In this document: one piece after another, positions 61,231 through 64,000 of the stretch
Position numbering within the stretch: position 1 is the stretch's first letter
Layout of the letters: each line of letters begins with the position of its first letter
Source of the DNA: an uncultured Hyphomicrobiales bacterium
GTDB lineage: Bacteria; Bacteroidota; Ignavibacteria; Kapaibacteriales; UBA2268
Assembly (NCBI GenBank): GCA_964498585.1
Contig: CAZCHH010000009.1
Location: 3,613 to 67,612 of the forward strand
Reading direction: 5' to 3'
DNA length: 64,000 nucleotides
The notes under the pieces: model-generated
Database searches by the model: none
Seen by the model: only the letters and a program-made list of their open reading frames with translations
What the model was told of the DNA's origin: nothing
Made by a program: the position numbers and the translations under genes

Positions 61231-62065
61231 TAAAAATGATTTTGATAGTATTATCCAATTTAAGAATTCTTTAATTCAATATGGGAAAAATAGCGATAGA
61301 GTTTATCTAATGAAACTTGATAGTAACGAAAATGAGGTTATTAGTTTTATTGAACAATTAGCTATTGAAAATGATTTAGGAAAAATTTTTACTAAAGTTC
61401 CGGAAACTTCTATTCAAGCTTTTCTTAATAATAATTATAGAATTGAAGCAGAAATTCCAAATTACTTTAAAAGTGATAAATGTTATTTTGCTTCAAAATT
61501 TGTAAAAAAAGAAAGAGAATTTGTTAGCGAAGAACTTTCTTTAGAAATAGAAAATAATATTAAACTTGCTAAATCAAAAGCAAGTTCTGAAATGAAGGAA
61601 TTTGATAGCTCAATTAGAATTAAAGTTTTAGATTCAAAAGATTTAGAAAAAGCGGCTGAACTTTACCGAATAGTTTTCAAATCATATCCTTTCCCAATTT
61701 TTGACGCATCATATTTAGAAAGCACATTAGACCATATTATGTATTTTGGTGCTTTTGTAAATGGGCAGCTTGTTGCCTGCTCATCATCTGAAATGTATGT
61801 TCAGGATTCAAGCGTTGAAATGACTGATTTTGCAACTCTTCCAGATTATCTTGGGAAAAATATCAGTTCTATGCTTCTGTTTACAATGGAAAATGTTATG
61901 AAAGCAAATGGAATAAATACTTCCTACACTATTGCAAGAGCAATGTCGAAAGGAATGAATATTACTTTTGCAAAAAATGCTTATACGTTTTCCGGAACTT
62001 TGATTAATAATACTGATATTTTTGGTAAAATTGAATCTATGAATGTTTGGTATAAACATTTGTAA
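61223..62065 (+). CDS. ablB: GNAT-family acetyltransferase, putative beta-lysine N6-acetyltransferase (AblB/YodP-like).
   Basis: Follows kamA directly. Its ATG overlaps the kamA stop by 8 bp (ATGAATAG). GNAT-like C-terminal half. Start chosen at MNSKNDF. Confidence 0.55.
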   Translation: MNSKNDFDSIIQFKNSLIQYGKNSDRVYLMKLDSNENEVISFIEQLAIENDLGKIFTKVPETSIQAFLNNNYRIEAEIPNYFKSDKCYFASKFVKKEREFVSEELSLEIENNIKLAKSKASSEMKEFDSSIRIKVLDSKDLEKAAELYRIVFKSYPFPIFDASYLESTLDHIMYFGAFVNGQLVACSSSEMYVQDSSVEMTDFATLPDYLGKNISSMLLFTMENVMKANGINTSYTIARAMSKGMNITFAKNAYTFSGTLINNTDIFGKIESMNVWYKHL

Positions 62066-62087
62066 TAACATTCAGGTATCCTGATTA

Positions 62088-62160
62088 GTTATTGGGTTAT
62101 TGGGTTATTGGTTTATTGGTTATTAGTTATTGGGTTATTGGGTTATTGGGTTATTGGGTT
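62088..62160. repeat. Tandem array (GTTATTGG)n, about 9-10 units.
   Basis: Reads gttattgggttattgggttattggtttattggttattagttattgggttattgggttattgggttattgggtt, immediately after the ablB stop. Confidence 0.7.
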
Positions 62161-62258
62161 GAACTCCTTCCCAAGTTGCACTTGGGAAAGAGAAGATAGC
62201 ATTCAAAGTGCGAAAAATCAGAACTCCTGATGCCTCGTAGTTTGTTATTTCTAGGGCT

Positions 62259-62471
62259 TGTCATTCTGAATCAACTTATAAAGCAAGTGCTTTATTATAA
62301 TGGAGATGACATAATTTTACCGTGTCGTTCTGACGGATGTCAGAATCCATCTTATTATTCTTGAGCTTCTATTCGATATTAACTATTTCACGGATGCATT
62401 TGGGCTTGCTCAAATGTTTTATGAGAAAGCTCACTTGATTTACAATATGGATTCTGGCATACGCCAGAATG
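62259..62471. repeat. A element (62259-62311) plus a D-family MITE with conserved core (62324-62471). Preceded by a family-H palindrome at 62164-62195.
   Basis: gtcgttctgacggatgtcagaatccatctt ... atggattctggcatacgccagaatgat. Confidence 0.7.
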
Positions 62472-62525
62472 ATAAATCATATATTCATATTAATTATGAC
62501 ATTTTATAATGTAATATGTATTATT

Positions 62526-63782
62526 TTACCAACTGTACTTTTCTATTGTCCAATTTTCTTCACCTTTGACAAAAAGCACAATATAATTATTTTTCTTGTC
62601 GTAGAGCATATTTTGAATATTTAATTCATCTTCATTTTCAAAAGTTCTTTCAGGAATAAATTTCCCATTAATATCATATTCTCTGAATATAAAAGAAGCA
62701 TAATCTTCTACTTTTTCCATATAACAAATAATCAAATTTTTTCCGTTATTCATCAATTTGAAAACAGATATTGGCATATATTCATCTATTACTTTAGTGC
62801 TACTTTCATTTTTATCTAATTTCTTTATTTCATTTCTTGCTTCTTCATATTTTTCTGAATAATTAACAATTGGATTAGATAAGCTGATAGTATCATCTGT
62901 TGATAAATTGTAAAAAGTGTTTGGGCTGTAAGGAAACATTGCAAAATGCTTATTATTAATTGTTGTTGTTTTAGGAATGTGCATAAACAATAGATTTATA
63001 TAAACATCATTTGCATATATCTCATCTAAAAATAGTGCTGTTCTAATATATTCGCCATTATTATCATAAATCGAAAGAACTGGGATTGAATCTTTTTTAT
63101 TAAATTCAATAAATACTGCCCTTGATTCATTAGGAATATAATATGTATTATTTTCATCAACAATATAGCTAAAGGGAATTGTATAATTATAACTTGTGTT
63201 ATTGGGGAAAATTACTCTTTTAATGTTAAGGGTTGAATCAAATTTAATGATTGCTGCTGTATTGTATGCTGTATTTTCTATATTTTTCATAAAGGTTGGT
63301 AAATAAATTAATGCTAATGAACTTAAATCATTATTATTTTTATTATAATTAACATTTATAAAAACATTTTTTATCATTATAAAATCAGTAAAACCTATTT
63401 CTCTACATTCTTCTAAAGACAAATATTTAACAGGTTGATAAGTATAATTGTCATTTGGATATGGCGGGGGAAATCTGTTCGTATGCTTTATTGAGTCGGA
63501 CAAATACAATTCAGCTTTTTTAAAATGCAATAAGTTGCCATTTTTAAAATCATAAATGGCGATAATTCGCTTTATTCCAGAAGTTAATACAATATTGCTT
63601 GCATTAGAGTTAATATCACAGTCAATAATATCTGATAATATAACGCTCTCATTTTCTTCTAAAATAACGGATTTGACTTTTGTCAAGGGCTTTGATTCGA
63701 TAGAAAGTTTTTGTTCTTCTCCATTAGCATCAATTACGAACATTATTACTAATAATAATGCTGCAAATATTACTTTTTTCAT
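62526..63782 (-). CDS. Secreted hypothetical protein, possibly a beta-propeller.
   Basis: Signal peptide. 418 aa and Asn/Tyr-rich. Confidence 0.35.
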   Translation of the reverse strand: MKKVIFAALLLVIMFVIDANGEEQKLSIESKPLTKVKSVILEENESVILSDIIDCDINSNASNIVLTSGIKRIIAIYDFKNGNLLHFKKAELYLSDSIKHTNRFPPPYPNDNYTYQPVKYLSLEECREIGFTDFIMIKNVFINVNYNKNNNDLSSLALIYLPTFMKNIENTAYNTAAIIKFDSTLNIKRVIFPNNTSYNYTIPFSYIVDENNTYYIPNESRAVFIEFNKKDSIPVLSIYDNNGEYIRTALFLDEIYANDVYINLLFMHIPKTTTINNKHFAMFPYSPNTFYNLSTDDTISLSNPIVNYSEKYEEARNEIKKLDKNESSTKVIDEYMPISVFKLMNNGKNLIICYMEKVEDYASFIFREYDINGKFIPERTFENEDELNIQNMLYDKKNNYIVLFVKGEENWTIEKYSW

Positions 63783-64000
63783 AAATAATTTCCTATTATG
63801 TTAAAAATAAACTATATTAAAATATTAAAATATATTCTTTTACTAACAAGCAATTAGTAATAGTTAATAAATTCAGAATTCCAGTCCTTTTGTAAAAAAT
63901 GGAGTTCAACAACAATGTTTTAATTGGTCATAGTTTATTATTACAGAATAAAACTAAGATATTGAATATTAAGGTTTTCTTATTCCTCATAAATATCCTG

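Noticed and set aside
3124-62471. Whether the recurring hairpin repeats form a CRISPR array.
   Set aside because: The repeats are long inverted palindromes of several different families. Spacing is irregular and there is no constant repeat/spacer periodicity, and they are scattered across many loci rather than arranged in one array.
1-64000. tRNA, rRNA or tmRNA genes.
   Set aside because: No T-arm or anticodon-arm cloverleaf candidates and no rRNA-like conserved stretches were seen. A tRNAscan run would confirm.

Overview
This is an AT-rich bacterial chromosomal window, roughly 33% GC overall. Many genes carry GGAGG-type ribosome-binding sites. Several large secreted proteins end in type IX secretion (T9SS) C-terminal sorting domains, which points to an FCB-group organism (Ignavibacteriota, Chlorobiota or Bacteroidota-like). 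About 46 protein genes are supported. They include a single-chain MmeI-family Type IIL restriction-modification enzyme, a GH57 glucan enzyme, an RsbV/RsbW-like partner-switching pair, a family-III CoA-transferase, RecQ, three giant T9SS cargo proteins and two SPFH membrane-scaffold operons. The window also holds an acyl-CoA dehydrogenase, ribulose-phosphate 3-epimerase (rpe), the glycine-cleavage H protein (gcvH), a carbohydrate cluster (GH130, a GT4/(alpha/alpha)6 fusion, a B12-radical-SAM protein, and a sugar-1-phosphate nucleotidyltransferase fused to a mutase-like domain), a PAS/hybrid histidine kinase flanked by two CsbD-like paralogs, an HMA-AraC regulator, BatA-like VWA genes, and a kamA/ablB-like N-acetyl-beta-lysine operon. 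I found no tRNA, rRNA or CRISPR array.

The most unusual feature is in the intergenic DNA. At least a dozen loci carry mosaic clusters of near-perfect hairpin elements from several families, all with GTCAT...ATGAC termini. Their terminal inverted repeats are themselves 8-bp stem-loops. They resemble REP/BIME or IS200/IS605-type hairpin MITEs that would need a transposase supplied in trans. Short heptameric AT-rich tandem arrays, (TAAYMAT)n, often lie next to them. These arrays sit directly on stop codons and place stops in all six frames. The restriction-modification gene shows a sharp internal AT-rich segment covering its target-recognition domain, which suggests a specificity-domain swap.
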